This document shows, piece by piece, positions 48,446 through 62,024 of a DNA stretch of 64,000 nt. This DNA is from Octopus bimaculoides (taxonomy: Eukaryota), in assembly GCF_001194135.2 (NCBI RefSeq), contig NC_068983.1, positions 44,060,425 to 44,124,424 on the forward strand, written 5' to 3'. The notes beneath the pieces were generated by a model. That model was given only the letters and a program-made list of their open reading frames with translations. It did no database searches and was not told where the DNA came from. The stretch's first letter is position 1; each line of letters starts with the position of its first letter. Position numbers and translations under genes: made by a program.

Positions 48446-51400
48446 ATTCGTGTGGCTTTGTTTCCTCTTCATTTTGCAAACCAATTCCATGCCCACCATG
48501 TATACCACGGAAGACATGGGTGTTACTCAACATGTCCATTGAGGTCACTGTCAGTTGTCTGAGGTAACCTGCAAAAGAATATAAAACAACCCTTTTGTTC
48601 ATTTGACAGACTTGGTTGAGGGGCATAGGTAAAGATGATTGTTGCTGTACTACTCTGCAACAAAGCTTAAATACTCTATCATTCTCTCTGACTACCTCAA
48701 TCATCTCATCAACCCATTTGTCAGCTAGAAGTATGCCCGTACTACCGACATCATCATTGCTGTCGGAAGATTTTGCCTGTGAGGAACCTGGCTAAAAGCT
48801 CTCCTCCACTTTTTTGATTGCAACTCACATCGATATGCCTTCGTTCAAGCATCAACAGTCTCACTAGACCTACTCTGTACTTTTATAGAGTACAATTCTG
48901 ATAGATTTAAAGGTATATAAGAGGTTCATGAACATGGAAGTAGGTATAGAAGTGGATAAGGTAGAAAGTTAAGTCAGTAGAAGGGTCTGTAAGGAGCCTT
49001 GTTGCCTGAGACACATTGGACATGTATATGAGTAAAAAGAGAGAGGAAACCTATCCAAACCCCATGCTAGCAAAGAAAAACACATGAGAAACAATCATAA
49101 TGGCAGGCACATATACTAAATGACACACACATATTGGATTTATGTTCAAAAACATAAAAATGAAGAGAGAACACTTGGTGAGATTTTATTTGAAACATAT
49201 GTCTTTTATTGAATCAACCTTTAAATGAATAAATCTCAGCCACAGCAGCAGTGTTTCTAAGATATTTACTATTACGGAAAAAAAAAAAAAAAGTAACAAA
49301 ACATAAAACTGTAGTCTTGTTGTTATGGATGTTTTGGTGAACTGAACATTATTTGCTGATGGAAGAAACATGATTAGTTTTGGGTGTTAAGAAACGGCTT
49401 TGGTTTGTAATGGAAAGAGTGGGCAAAAGCTGTATTTTGTGGCCTCCAAAAAAGGCCAACAGTTTTCAAAATAATAATGGATTTTTAACGGTTATCAGTA
49501 ATCATAGTATTAGTAATTTGTAGAAAGGTAGGGGTGAAAAAACCCAAGAGAAGTTAGATTTATAATAAATTGAACATAACTTATTTTGAGTGAATTTTTT
49601 TTTTGTGATCTATATGGAGGACCCCCCCCCCCCAAAAAAAAACTTTAATTACATTAGTTAGAGTATGGTGTGTTTTGATAGAGGATATACTGGCCCTGTT
49701 AATGATAAATAAATAGCCTCTGAACATAATAATAATAATGGTTTATAAATAGTGGTAAAGTTAATTTGGAGGGAAGTTTTTATCGCATTTTAGCTTTTCT
49801 GTTTCGCTTCTGAACTAATTAATTTAATTAGAAAGCCAACATCACTTTCAGGAGTACAACGAATTTGTAAATAGAAATATTTTAAAGTTTCAAATCTCTG
49901 CAAGCAATGAAGATAATGTCATCTTCAAATAACAACTGGCTTGTTCTTTATTGTAACAACAGCGCTGCTGCCAACAAGCTATATTGAACCCTGTATCTAG
50001 AAGTTTGCTTCTTATCAAGCATGATAGGTTCTCCCTCCATCCACCTCTCACAAAGAGTAAATTCCTGAAACACGAATTCGAAATATGGTGGTAAACGTTT
50101 GTTTTTTTCAAGTAAAATTTAATTGAAACACAGGAACAAACTAAACAGTACTGTTTGGATTGCCAAAGAAGATTGAATGATCAATGTACCTTCTCTCATT
50201 CATTCTTGTGAGAATTGTGGATAGAATATTTAAGTACTTCAAAAACAGAATTTATGATAGATTACTGTTCATAGTAGTGGTTTCAAATTTTGGTATAAAA
50301 CCAGTAATTTTGAGAGGGACGGGGTGAGTTGATTACATTAACCCACCCCCATCCCCCAGCATTCATCTGGATACTTTATTTTACTGAACCCTTGAATGAT
50401 GAAAAGTAGAGTCGACCTTAGTGCCATTTGAACTTGGAACGTGAAGAGCTAGAAGTGCTATAAAACATTTTGTCTTTACGTTCTGAGTTCAAATTCCGCA
50501 GAGGTTGATTTTGCCTTTCATTCTTTCAGGGTCAACAAAAGAAGTAGCAATACATGACTTGGAGTTGATGGAATTGTTTTCTCCCCACTCCGCAAACTTG
50601 CTGGCTTCATGCCAGATTTTGAAAGCAATAATAAATATTACAATAACCCCACTCCCTCTACTGACTGCCGCAAATACTTAGATACGAAAACAATTCCTGG
50701 CAGCTCAAGAGAAAAGCTTTATCAATTCTACCAAAGAACAAAATACTGAGCAGTGTCATCATATTTAATTACTTTTAAAGCTAAAAACTAACATTTTTAA
50801 CAAATATTACAGTCATTAAAAATTGACAAACATTTGGAACATACAATAAGGTTTGCTTTTCTTTGTTCCTCTTTGTAAATTTAATGAAGTACCTCTATAA
50901 CAGTTGGTACAGGAGATATAAAGATCAGCTTATGCAATGTTCTTCAAGGGTTTTATTACTTGTTTCTGAGAAACAGCTTCCTTAGTGACATAGACCAGTT
51001 GTTAGCTATCTAGTCTACAAGAAAGAACAGACTAAGATGCTATTATATAGCTACATGTGCAAATGTGGCCTCTGCCCCAGATCTCGGTCAGTGACCGACT
51101 AAACCTTCACCTAATTAACAAAGGTTTAGTCCTTTAGCATTTAATCTGGCCCAAATATTTCAGTTGTTTTATGTCCAAAATTGGCCAGATCCAATCTCTC
51201 ACATCTACCCTACACTGTCATTCTAAAAATAAACAGTCATATCAAAATCTCGAAGCTACGAGATAATACACGATTAATTCAAACAATGCATTTGGGTGAG
51301 TAATCTGAATGCTAAAGGCTTTTAGAGAAAGTCACAGTTCTAAGAAGATAATAGAAACAAAATAATCGCCAAAAGCTGCTGTAATCCTCCAAGAGAACCT

Positions 51401-52652
51401 ATACAGTTTTGAATTTACTGCATTAAAAAATACAATTGGGAAAGAGATTTATTGGTTAATGGCAAGATTTTAAGCTTTGTTTCACATCTAGATGTTTCTT
51501 TTGGGGGTGAGGACCCATATGAAAAATCTTTTCTTGACAAAGGTGTTTTACTTGACATTTTTGAAGAAAGTTGGGACCCCTTCCCCTCTTGCTGAAGCAA
51601 GAATCTTTAAAATATGGCTATTTTCCTATGCAATCCACACAATATTGCTTTAACTTTAACACTCCTGCTTAAGTTGGAGCAAGTATGTTTCTGATAATAA
51701 TTGTCTTTTGTATACCAAAGGAGAGAAATGAAAGGCGAGTGTGTACGTGTGTGTGTGTATATATATATATATTTGATTTTTAGCTTGGTCATCTCTGTAA
51801 TAAATTATAAATCCCATTCTCTCTGTCTGTGTGTCTGTAAGTAAATGGTCAGCAGCAACATTACCTCCACACTCCATCCTACTCCCTGCCCCTTCAAGAA
51901 ATCTAGAAAGGTGCTGTAGCTTTCTTATGGTCGGGTCCTCCTCATTCCTCCAGTATGGCAGAATTTTAAATAATGGGATCCTGTTAGTGTTTGTAGCTGC
52001 CATGCACACACACGCACATACATACACACATTTACACAAACATATATATATGCATGCATATATACACATACTCACACCCACATACATACCAAACATATAT
52101 AGTATATGCATATATATGTGTGTTTATTTTTTTGGTGTAGGAATTGATTGAAACCAAAAGAAGATCTGAGGACAGCAGCTCTAACAGAACCAGGCAGCAA
52201 TGTCACGGATGGGCAGGAAGTGGGGGTGGGGGAACTGGGTGTTTGTGTGTGTATGTATCTCCAACATTGGCACCAATTAAATTGCCTTATTACTTCTTAG
52301 GCTTTCGAGAATTGCTGCCAAGAAATAAAACCAAGAATTTACATTACGAGTATGTTTTTCTTTCACTGCATCCAAAAATTCCAAAGGAAATTCACAAAGA
52401 TCTTGAAGTTTTACATCTCTTAAAAAATATGTTTTTCTTTTTCTTTCTTTTATATTTATAAATAAAATATTTGTCTGTGTTCAAATAGAGTTTAGATATT
52501 CAACATCATCATCATTTCCATTTTGATAAATTAATTATTCGCAGTCCGTCCAGTTTCGTGGCCCTTGTGTTGGCAGCTTCAGAAATTGGTGGAATGTTTT
52601 TTCAGAATGATCGAGCTTAGGCTAAAGGCAAAGACCAGCAACAGTAGCGTTG

Positions 52653-52780
52653 TCACCTTCGGCTGCTCGATACCGTGGAACTAAAGCTTTCTTTATTGCT
52701 CAATAAACTTTTCTCTCCAAGTAATTGCTTTGAACCAAATACAAATGGTAATGAAGGACTGCTCTTTGAGCGGCGAATAT
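52653..52780 (-). CDS. MPRIP/outspread-like terminal coding exon (DIRRSKSSPSLPFVFGSKQLLGEKSLLSNKESFSSTVSSSRR*)
   Basis: Very strong acceptor ttctttttcttcttttctag|, phase 1; DIRRSKSSP matches MPRIP 'DIMKSKSNP'; TGA at 52655-52653. 3'UTR extent not determined. Confidence 0.85.
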
Positions 52781-53612
52781 CTAGAAAAGAAGAAAAAGAA
52801 AAATGAACCAACAATGTATTAATTAGCTACTGAATAAAAACAAAACTGGTTGAGTCTATCATATATCTATCATATATCAATCACATGCTAAATAGCTAGA
52901 GCAGCTGTCTGGCTTCCGTGCCGGTGGCACGTAAATAGCACCATTTGAGCGTGATCGTTACCAGCGTCGCCTTACTGGCACTTGTGCTGGTTGCATGTGA
53001 AAAAACATTCAAGCGAGATCATTGCTAGTGCCGCTGGACCGGCTCCTGTGCAGGTGGCACATTAAATACACCATTTTGAGTGTGGCTGTTGCCAGTACTG
53101 CCTGACTAGCCCTCTTACCGGCGGCATGTAAAAGCACCCACTACATTCTTAGTGGTTGGCGTTAGGAAGGGCATCCAGCTGTAGAAACTCTGCCAGATCA
53201 GATTGGAGCCTTGTGCAGCCATCTGGTTCACCAGTCCTCAGTCAAATCGTCCAACCCATGCTAGCATGGAAAGCAGACGTTAAACGATGAAGATGTATTT
53301 ATCTGTGGCGTGTGTGTGTGTGTGTATACAGAACAAAAATTTTAATTTTGGACAGAGTTACCAAAGGTTTTGTAAGTCCGACAAGCTGTCCATAAGGCTT
53401 TGGCTTTGTGGATACAAAACCTTTGGTAACTATGTCCAAAATTAAATTTTTTGTTGTAATAATCACTGCTCTATTCTTTAGAGTGTGCTTTTTTCTGATA
53501 TGTTTCATTAATTAACTATATATACAGATATAGTTTGTTTTTAATCAAGTTATAGATAAAAACAAACATACCTTTATACTGAGATTGCAACACCTTAAAT
53601 CTAAACACATAC

Positions 53613-53726
53613 CTTTGTACTGATATCGCCTCCCTTTGTGGCTGTCTCGGCTGATATGTTCCTCTTTCCTCTGGCTTGTATAATGACTAGGGCTTGGACT
53701 CCTGGCACGGTGGTGGAATGAAGGAA
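53613..53726 (-). CDS. MPRIP/outspread-like exon (VPSFHHRARSPSPSHYTSQRKEEHISRDSHKGRRYQYK)
   Basis: Acceptor tttcaacattgcag|, donor AAG|gtatgt; 114 nt, symmetric phase 1-1, open frame. Confidence 0.78.
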
Positions 53727-55038
53727 CTGCAATGTTGAAATTATAGAAATTATTATTAAAGAATTGCTTCACCCCTTGATGCAGCTGCATTCCACACCTT
53801 ACAGGAAAAGTGACAACTGAGACAATTATTTTTAGCTGAATAGACTAGAATTATGTGAACTGGATACCTTGTTCAAGACACGCTTGATTTATGGCAGATT
53901 ATATGGTGTATAATTTCCCTAAAAAACATGCCACATGCTTCTTTCATATTTTCCTGATCTGATAGAATCAGACTCCCCCTCCCCCATTTTAGGAGACCAC
54001 CATTTATATTCCCCCAGTTCCTGTTGTGCTATTAACTGTCTGGCAAAGGAGATAACTACCTATCTATAAAATCCCGTACAGCAGGGGTGGGGAAACCCCT
54101 GCCCACGAGCCTGTTTTATTGCGTCCACAGGCTGGAATAATTGTATGTACAAAATATAAATTTTTCAATTATAAAATTTATACAATATTCATGTGCCTAT
54201 TGGCAACATAGGTCACGTTTCCACTATGACTTAGACGGTTAGACTCCAACAGAAAATCGTCTGGTAACTGCCATTTGAATGGAAATTGTTTTCACTATAA
54301 AACGCATATTGCTAGGTTTGTACCACCCCCTTGAGACCCAACTACACTCTAGCTGCAAAATATAGAATACCTCATAAGTAATATAAACGTCTTAAATTCA
54401 GTGGCGGTGTTAATGAAGATGTTACACATTAATGTCTTAAACTTATCTTTATTAATGTATCTTGAATTATACATAGATATATACAAGATTTACACAGATA
54501 TAAGAGTTAGAACTTGTGGATCTTTTTCTTTGGAAATTTTTGTCTGCCGTACAGCATCTCAGAATATTACAGATGTTCCCATTTACAACTGGATCACCTT
54601 CCTCGGACTAACTACTGAATTTTTTTTCATTTAGAATGGTTCATTGTGTGCAGAAATTGTAACAATATATAACAGAGACATTAAATGATGATGACGACAT
54701 AAGATTTTGAAAAATCTGTTTATCAGCCTGTAGACTATTTTTACAATCACACTTTAAACTAGTCTTTAGGTGCATATACATACAGGGGGCTTCTAGTTTC
54801 TACCAACCAAATCTACTCACAAGGATCAGTTTTGACCCTTAGAAGACCCTCAAGGTGCCTTACTGTGGGATTGAACCAGAAACTACAGGAAGCAAGCTTC
54901 ATACAAAGATGCAAGACACAATTCTGTTGGATTCAGTCTGCCCGAGGGACAACAGGTTTCACACTTATGTCATCGATGAATCGAAAACAATTACAAAGGT
55001 AGGAGTGTTAAAAGAAAAAGGAGAAAGGGTTTTTTTAC

Positions 55039-55198
55039 CTCTTCGAACAGGTTGCTGTCGTCTTTGAAGGCTGCTTTGATCAGGTTTGGCTTCTTCCATG
55101 GCCTTTTCTAATTTAGCTTTAAGGCATATGTTCTCATCTTGGACTACGTTGTACAGTTTCTTACTTGTCAGATACTGTGATATCATCTGCTTGTGCTC
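55039..55198 (-). CDS. MPRIP/outspread-like exon (EHKQMISQYLTSKKLYNVVQDENICLKAKLEKAMEEAKPDQSSLQRRQQPVRR)
   Basis: Acceptor tgttgatgtgtag|, donor GAG|gtaaaa; 160 nt, phase 0-1; coiled-coil heptad pattern. Confidence 0.88.
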
Positions 55199-56179
55199 CT
55201 ACACATCAACAGGAAACAACAGTTGAAAATGTCACCAACTAAACACTTGTAAATCTCTTAGCATGACACAAAGAAATATCACAACTGTTTAATAACCAAA
55301 TGCTTAAGTATCTACTGAAATTTATGAAAGTCAATGTCACATAAAGCTTTAAAGGTACGTCTACCATCAATGTCCCCTCTAATTTTTTGCTATGGATCAT
55401 TAACATCATTTAACAGCAATTTCCCATCCTGGTATGGGTTGGATGACTTGACAGGATCCAGCAAGCTACAGGGCATGCCAAGCTCCAGTGTCAACCTTGG
55501 CATGGTTTCTATGGCTGGATGCCCTTCCTAAGACCAAACATTTCACAGTATGGACTTGGTGCTTGTTTCATACCACTGGCACTAGTGAGGTTGCTAAGTA
55601 ACTCACAGGCCAAAAGAGGAAAAAAGTGCATGTGTGCAAATTTTGGTTTTCTTTGCAAAGTATGTGCATATCCATGAGACTAACCATCTTTAGATAATTC
55701 CATATGTGAATTATTTTATGATCGCAGTTATGTTTCCTATCCATCATTTCATGATTAGGATTCTGTTATTTACTTTGATGTCATCAACATTTGCTAAAGC
55801 GTTCATTATTACCACTACGACTTTATCTAGTATCAGTCTTTTTTAAGAGTAATCATCATCTAACATCAGTCTTTACTAGGACTATGACTACCTAAATACC
55901 AGTCTTTTGTTAAAGCTACTCTTATTACACCATCTAATTAAAATATAGGTGAGTAACTGAATGGGTAAGAAGTTAGCTTCACAACCACATGGCTCCTGGC
56001 TTGATCCTGCTGTGTGACGTGAATTTTGTATAACAACTTAACCCATAAAGTTTTGAATGAAATTGAGAAGATGGAAACTGTATAGAATCCCATTGGGTCT
56101 ATTCTATCTCTGATCCAAATAGTATAGACTTGTCACACAATCAAATTGCCCTGTTGATTCTGTTCAAGAATTACATTAA

Positions 56180-56401
56180 TCCTTTAGCTTTCAGGATAAT
56201 CTGTCAAATGTAATGCTTATTTATTCACATCGTTTTGAATTAATCATGTATTATCTCATAGCTTCGAGATTTCAATGATGTGATTGTTTATTTTAAGAAT
56301 GACATTGTAGGGTAGGTGTGAGATGTTGGAATTGGCCAGTTTGAATATGAAAGAGGCAGAATATTTTGGCTGAATACGGCCTGTTTAGAGGGTTTAAAAG
56401 G
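56180..56401. mobile_element. piggyBac-like MITE family 2 (other copies ~51130-51318, ~63378-63582, ~421-580, ~30750-30830)
   Basis: TTAA flanks; ccctttagcatt-type TIR; shared body 'cacacctaccctacaatgtcattct...agctatgagataat...ttaattcaaaac'. Confidence 0.7.
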
Positions 56402-56580
56402 TTAAGGGTACACGTGTTTGGAGTACTCAGCCACTTAACACACTGAAATTCAATGAGTAGAGAATTTGCTTGATAGAACAACTGCATCTTCATTCGTTGA
56501 AAGTGATGGAGAATCTGTCATTATACATTATATTTACCTCGTTAATTAAATGAAAATATAGAAGTGACATTTAAGCCTAC

Positions 56581-56667
56581 CTCTGTGATTCTCTGAAGTT
56601 TTACCTCCCCCGTTGTCACCTGAGACTTTAGTTTCTGGAGATCTGCATCTTTCATTCGGATCATTAT
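56581..56667 (-). CDS. MPRIP/outspread-like exon (IMIRMKDADLQKLKSQVTTGEVKLQRITE)
   Basis: Acceptor tttctcattttag|, donor GAG|gtaggc; 87 nt, phase 0-0; resembles 'VLLRVKESEIQYLKQEI'. Confidence 0.9.
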
Positions 56668-57483
56668 CTAAAATGAGAAATGAAAAATAACGATTATTTG
56701 ATATTTGCAAAATTTACAAAAGTCCATTGGCAAGCTGGAACTCACAGCCTTTATGTTTTATGTATGCAAGATGCATAGCAAAATAGCTTCAATATATGAA
56801 CAACACCTGTTCCTAGTCGCACTCAACATGCTAGCCATGTCTGTGTCAATGATTCTCAAACCAATTTTGGAAAAAAAGTAAATAATGGCCACCTCTTTGG
56901 CATGCATCATCATTTCATATCTGCTTTCCATGCTAGCATGGATTGGACGGTTTGACAGGAGCTGGCAAGTCAGAAGACTGCAGCAAAACCTGCCCGTCTG
57001 CTTTGGCAGGTTTTCTATGGTGGGATGCCCACTTTACGGAGTGTTCTGGGTGCTTTTATGCAGTGCCAGTATGGCTACTTTTTACATGGAATAAAGTCAT
57101 ACTGGAATGGTTTGCATAATTTGATGGGAGCTGGTGGAGCCAGAGGACTGTGCAATGCTCTCCCATCTGCTTTGACATGGGTGCTGACTGTATGCTCTTC
57201 ATAACATCAATTCATCTTAAAATATGCAATGTTGGTCCTCAGAAGAAAATATCCTCAAAAATTTCTTTTAATCATTTACATCATTTTGAATAATTATTCA
57301 AGTTTTGTAAGTGAACAGGTCGCAGTTTCAAAGCAATGAAAATATTTTGACACAAATTAAATTTAGATGTTGAAGTGAAACTAACGGTTTTTGTGTCTTC
57401 TTAAATGGCTTACAAACATCTTCCACACTGCAATTGAATAATTATTGTTGAATTATTAATGGGGGAAAAAGGTAGCCACGTAC

Positions 57484-57610
57484 CTGAGCCTCATATAGAT
57501 CTTCTTCAAGAGAAGAACTTCCAGCAGGGAGACCCTTAGGACTTCGTTTCTTCATCAATTCTTTCAGTTCAGCAATTTCTCCACCCAATAAGGATTCCAA
57601 ATGTTTATTA
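57484..57610 (-). CDS. MPRIP/outspread-like exon (DNKHLESLLGGEIAELKELMKKRSPKGLPAGSSSLEEDLYEAQ)
   Basis: Acceptor tttcctgtttcag|, donor CAG|gtacgt; 127 nt, phase 2-0; resembles 'NQELNNRLAAEITRLR...KDAYELE'. Confidence 0.92.
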
Positions 57611-57957
57611 CTGAAACAGGAAACAGAAGATATTTATTATGAGATCACATGACTGGAGGTATAAGGACTTTACATACATAATCCTAATCTGAGATCACAT
57701 AATATAGCTGGTACTTTGTTGTTTTGGTATTTGCATGTCACAGGCGGTCGCAGGTGACCGAGGGTTAAACATCAACCCCAGCACCTTGGGGCTACACAAC
57801 AATCGATCTGGTAAAAGGTAAAGGCATTTCGCTAAGTCTCTGATGACATACATGTCCTACAAAATGGTGAAAACTGATGCTGGGCATTAAACACCAACCA
57901 TCTTAGAAAGAAAATAGAAAAATAAAAGACAAACAGGAATTCTATGAAATGACTCAC

Positions 57958-58101
57958 TCATTCAAGATTTTCTCTATCTGTTCATATTGGTCTTGCTTGG
58001 ATTTGGTCAGGCGTTCATCTAACATTTTGTAATCTTCACATTTACTGACATAATGCAAATTTAATGTTTTTAGTTCTTCTTGAAGTCGACTGGCTTCAAA
58101 T
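57958..58101 (-). CDS. MPRIP/outspread-like exon (EFEASRLQEELKTLNLHYVSKCEDYKMLDERLTKSKQDQYEQIEKILN)
   Basis: Acceptor tttatttcaacag|, donor TGA|gtgagt; 144 nt, phase 2-2; LHYVSKCE corresponds to the family motif 'LSEQYSQKCLE'. Confidence 0.92.
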
Positions 58102-59143
58102 CTGTTGAAATAAATAAACGGATATTCCACACTTTATATAATCAGTTCAGAAAATTTCTCGTCAATAACAACAACAACAGAAATAAATAACAGCATATTT
58201 ATTGTATGGCTGGGAGGCAAATTGGTTGGACTACTTAAGATTATAACATTGTCACAGACAACTAAATTTAAGTAGCGGATACTTTGACAAGGGACGTAAC
58301 TCTTCTTGACTGAATGACTTATCTGTTCGACTTTGATATGAGGCAAGCAGCGAAAAACCTTATTTGTCATCTTTTATCTTTTGCTTGCTCCAGTCATTAG
58401 ACTGCGGCCATGCCGAGGCACCGCCCTGTAGAATGTATAGTCCAATGAATAGACCCCAGTATTTTTTTTTAAAGCCTGGTACTTATAGAGATTATACACT
58501 TGTATAATCTGTCTTGCAGGATTATACATTTGTCACACATTGTCATGATGATTCTACCAGAGAATTACATTGACGGTACATGTCTCCGGAATGCTTATAT
58601 GCTAATTCAATGAACAGGCAATGCAATTAATCGAACAATGGGAATACTGATCATCAAAGATGGAGATCCACCGCTTGAACGATAAATTACTATATGTAAT
58701 TTCATAGTCTAAAGAATAATACGAGATGACTGTTGGCGAACGCACGACTTTACAGAATGCACAATATTGCCCACAAAGGAAGGGAGGTAACTCTAGGCAA
58801 ATTTTTTTTTCATTCTGTTAAAAGATGTGAAATAGCAAATTGCTAGCGTTCAGTTTGTTTTAATTAATCAAATATTAAGTTTAAATGAAACAGGCTATGA
58901 GGGTCATTTCACTGAGAACTTATAATCTCACAACTAATATTCCTTCAAATTTTTTATAGTAATTTATACTGTACACTCATTTTTGTCTTTCTTCACAAAA
59001 GTATGTGTGCATCCATGCACTGATTCCATCTTGGAAATCTATGAGCACATTTTCCCCTCCTGCTCATAACTGTGAAAGACTTATCCACTGACAACAACTG
59101 ACTCTAATGTTTGACTGTGAGTGAAATAACAAACAAAACATAC

Positions 59144-59264
59144 TCGTGACGGCTGCGTATCTCATTGACGTAGTCTTCTGTATACATAGTCTTCAGAGCT
59201 TCACGGAATTGGTTCTTCTCTCTGTCAAGATCATCATCATAGGCTTTACGCATTGATTCAAGAG
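59144..59264 (-). CDS. MPRIP/outspread-like exon (ALESMRKAYDDDLDREKNQFREALKTMYTEDYVNEIRSRH)
   Basis: Acceptor ctttgttatttcag|, donor CGA|gtatgt; 121 nt, phase 1-2; resembles MPRIP 'AIEAMKNAHREEMERELEK'. Confidence 0.9.
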
Positions 59265-59399
59265 CTGAAATAACAAAGAATTTATTAAATACTTTTGACA
59301 ACTACCATCAGACTGTAATAATGTCTCCACAAACCTGGGACTATAATTTTGCTAGCAGAACCATTAGCAAGCTCGATAAAATGCTCAGTAGCATTTCAG

Positions 59400-59575
59400 C
59401 CATTGTAATTACGTTCTGAGTTCAAATTCCATCAAGGTTGACTTTGGCTTTCATTTTTTCAGAGTTGATGAAATAAGTTTTAGCTGAGCACTGGAAAGGA
59501 GGGAGGTTAATCTAATCGACTTACCCCCTCCACTGAAATTGCTGGCCTTGTGCCAAAATTTGAAATCATTATTTC
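59400..59575 (+). mobile_element. SINE family 'ttacgttctgagttcaaattcc...gtcgactttgcctttcat' (also ~50270-50640, ~39965-40070, ~63640-63770)
   Basis: Recurrent box-B-like GAGTTCAAATTCC head and shared body ending ttggccttgtgccaaaatttgaaa. Confidence 0.6.
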
Positions 59576-60383
59576 ACTACAAAATTCACCAACAAAAACG
59601 TCTAACGTTCACTTTTCTACGCTTGCATGGGTCAGACGGAAATTTTATTGAGGTAGTTTTAGTTGGCTGATGCTAGTGCTGCCTGACTGGCACATAAAAA
59701 GCACCATTCGAGCGTGACCGATGCCTGTGCCAGTGGCATGTAGAAAGTACCTACTACACTCTCAGAGTGGCCAGTGTTAGGAAGGGCATCCAGCTGTAGA
59801 AACCAAGCCAAATCAGATTGGAGCCTGGTGCAGCCTCCTGGCTTGCCAGTCTTTAGTTAAACTGTCCAATCCATACCAGCATGGAAAGCAGATGTTAAAC
59901 AACAATGTAAATTTTTCATGGCTGAATGCCCCTCCTGTCACCGACCTTCACTTGTTTCCAAATAAGGTAATATTTCTCCATGGATGAACATGTTTTTCAC
60001 AGGAGACAGGAAACAAACTATACTGCTTGTATGATGGTGGCACTCATTTACAACCTGATGTGCTATCAAAACAAGCACCCCACCCACACCCATGACTTCT
60101 TTCATTTTAAAACAGGAAATTTATCTCGAAGAGCAAAGGCAGTCTTTAAGGTGAGTTGGTATCGAAAAGGTTACATATAATTTAATTATAACAGAAAATT
60201 TTGATTTATCTTAAAGCACATGAAAACGTGACATTGTATCATGAAATTTTGGATGGTATCAGGTGAATTGGAATAAAGAGTGTGAACATTAGACATTGGT
60301 CAATGGCATGATTGTCTCCCACCAACACCACTATTGCCATGTAAAGGCTTAAAATAAAAACATAACTACGTCAACAAACTGAC

Positions 60384-60459
60384 CGGCTTTAATTTCTTTG
60401 TCTTCTTTCTCTCTGATCTGTTGTTCGTCTTCTGAAGGGTTTGCTACCGGTTGGTCTAC
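60384..60459 (-). CDS. MPRIP/outspread-like exon (VDQPVANPSEDEQQIREKEDKEIKA)
   Basis: Acceptor ttcatttgatatttag|, donor GCCG|gtcagt; 76 nt, phase 0-1; matches the phases of both neighbours. Confidence 0.8.
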
Positions 60460-61083
60460 CTAAATATCAAATGAACGAAAAAAGGATTTAACATTGCATA
60501 AGGAATAACAGAAACCTACTTGGGTACATACTCTGCATAAAAACCAAACAGTAAAGTTAATGTCATTAATGTTAATGCAATTTATGTAATTAATGTTGGT
60601 CACCAAGTTACTTAATTTTAATCAAACACCACAATGAGGAGAAATAATCATTAACTATCTCAGTGGTTCTCAAATTAGATTATATTTCAAAATGTGACAA
60701 ATACTAAGTGAAATTTTAAATATGAAATCTTGCTCTACTGCACACCAGAGCTCTGAATGCAGTATGCTCATCATCATCATTATTATATATTTCATTTATT
60801 GAATTATTTTTTGTAGTATAGCCACAAAAACTATTCTGTTCCGGCCCCTTTTATCACACTTTAACCACTCAACCCATAGCACAAAGCCTTTCTCTCTCTA
60901 CTGTAACCCCCATGCAGTCAAAGGAGATTTTGGTCTTGCAAGCTACATGGTAACCTCACTAGTGCTGGTACCATAAAGAAAAAGAAAAACAGCATTGAGT
61001 ACACAATGTGATGTAGTTGATAGCTTTAGAAACCATGTCAAGCTGCAATGTCGATCAGTTGTCTATTTTGAGTATTTTATCTT

Positions 61084-61121
<38 letters not shown>

Positions 61122-61321
61122 GTTCATTACCACTTTAATGGGAATCTAGTAGAGATTACATGGAGGCTATTCTCATTATACCAGGAACATGGCATGATAG
61201 GATTAAATGAAACATAGCAGACTTGCTCATTGGAAAAGAGCAAGAGATATTTTAATTGAATCAGGGTTTGATGAAAAGGCATGAAAAATAAAGAGGAGTA
61301 GGAGGGGGGTGTTGTAATTAC

Positions 61322-61447
61322 CTGGCTTGCTGGAGGAGTGGTGACATCTTCATTAGCATGTTCAAAATTACCAAGAATTGTGAAACTGACATCGGCCTCA
61401 TTTATGACACCGTCTACCTTGTCTTCAGGAATCACTACTTCAGTATT
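61322..61447 (-). CDS. MPRIP/TRIOBP/outspread-like protein, most 5' exon found in the window (NTEVVIPEDKVDGVINEADVSFTILGNFEHANEDVTTPPASQ)
   Basis: Acceptor ttgtctcttgtag|, donor CAG|gtaatt; 126 nt, phase 0-0; joins in frame to the next exon. Confidence 0.75.
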
Positions 61448-61772
61448 CTACAAGAGACAATAATAATGTTAAGTAGATTCATAGAAATATTCATTAATTA
61501 CAACAGAAAATGATAAATTTAAAAATGGCAAGGGTTGCTAAGTGATGATCAAGGTCAGATAACACACTGGAATGTTAGTAAAGGATCATTTCAACACACA
61601 CACAATGTTAACACCTACTTTTCTATGTTTGCACGGGCCAGATAAAGTTTCTTGAAGTGTGTGTATGTGAAAGGTTTGAGGACATTTGCAATAAATATGT
61701 TATTTCCCTAAATTTTATAAACATAATCCCAATCTACTGCATTAAAAACCTATTTCTGCAAAATATCTCTCT

Positions 61773-61814
<42 letters not shown>

Positions 61815-62024
61815 TTGAAATTGATAGTAAAACAAAAGATGAAAACGAGTGTATGAACAACAAGCAAGTGTATTAGTTTGACACTCGGGGGGGGGGGGGT
61901 AAAATGATAAAGTCTTTTATGTTTTGAGCCTAAGCTCTTTAACAGAAAGGAATAAGAGGAAATAAACAGAGAGAGAATAAAAAAACCATGTAGAGTCCAG
62001 CATGGCGATATATATATATATACT

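Noticed and set aside
51415-51996. Alternative terminal-exon candidates for the minus-strand gene (51865-51996; ~51415-51604)
   Set aside because: Acceptors are weak or microsatellite-derived and there is no family similarity; they are superseded by the 52780 acceptor.
58545-58651. ATGATGA...CTGA spacing resembling a C/D snoRNA
   Set aside because: It is antisense to the host gene, has no convincing terminal stem, and the guide only partly matches the 18S segment I recall.
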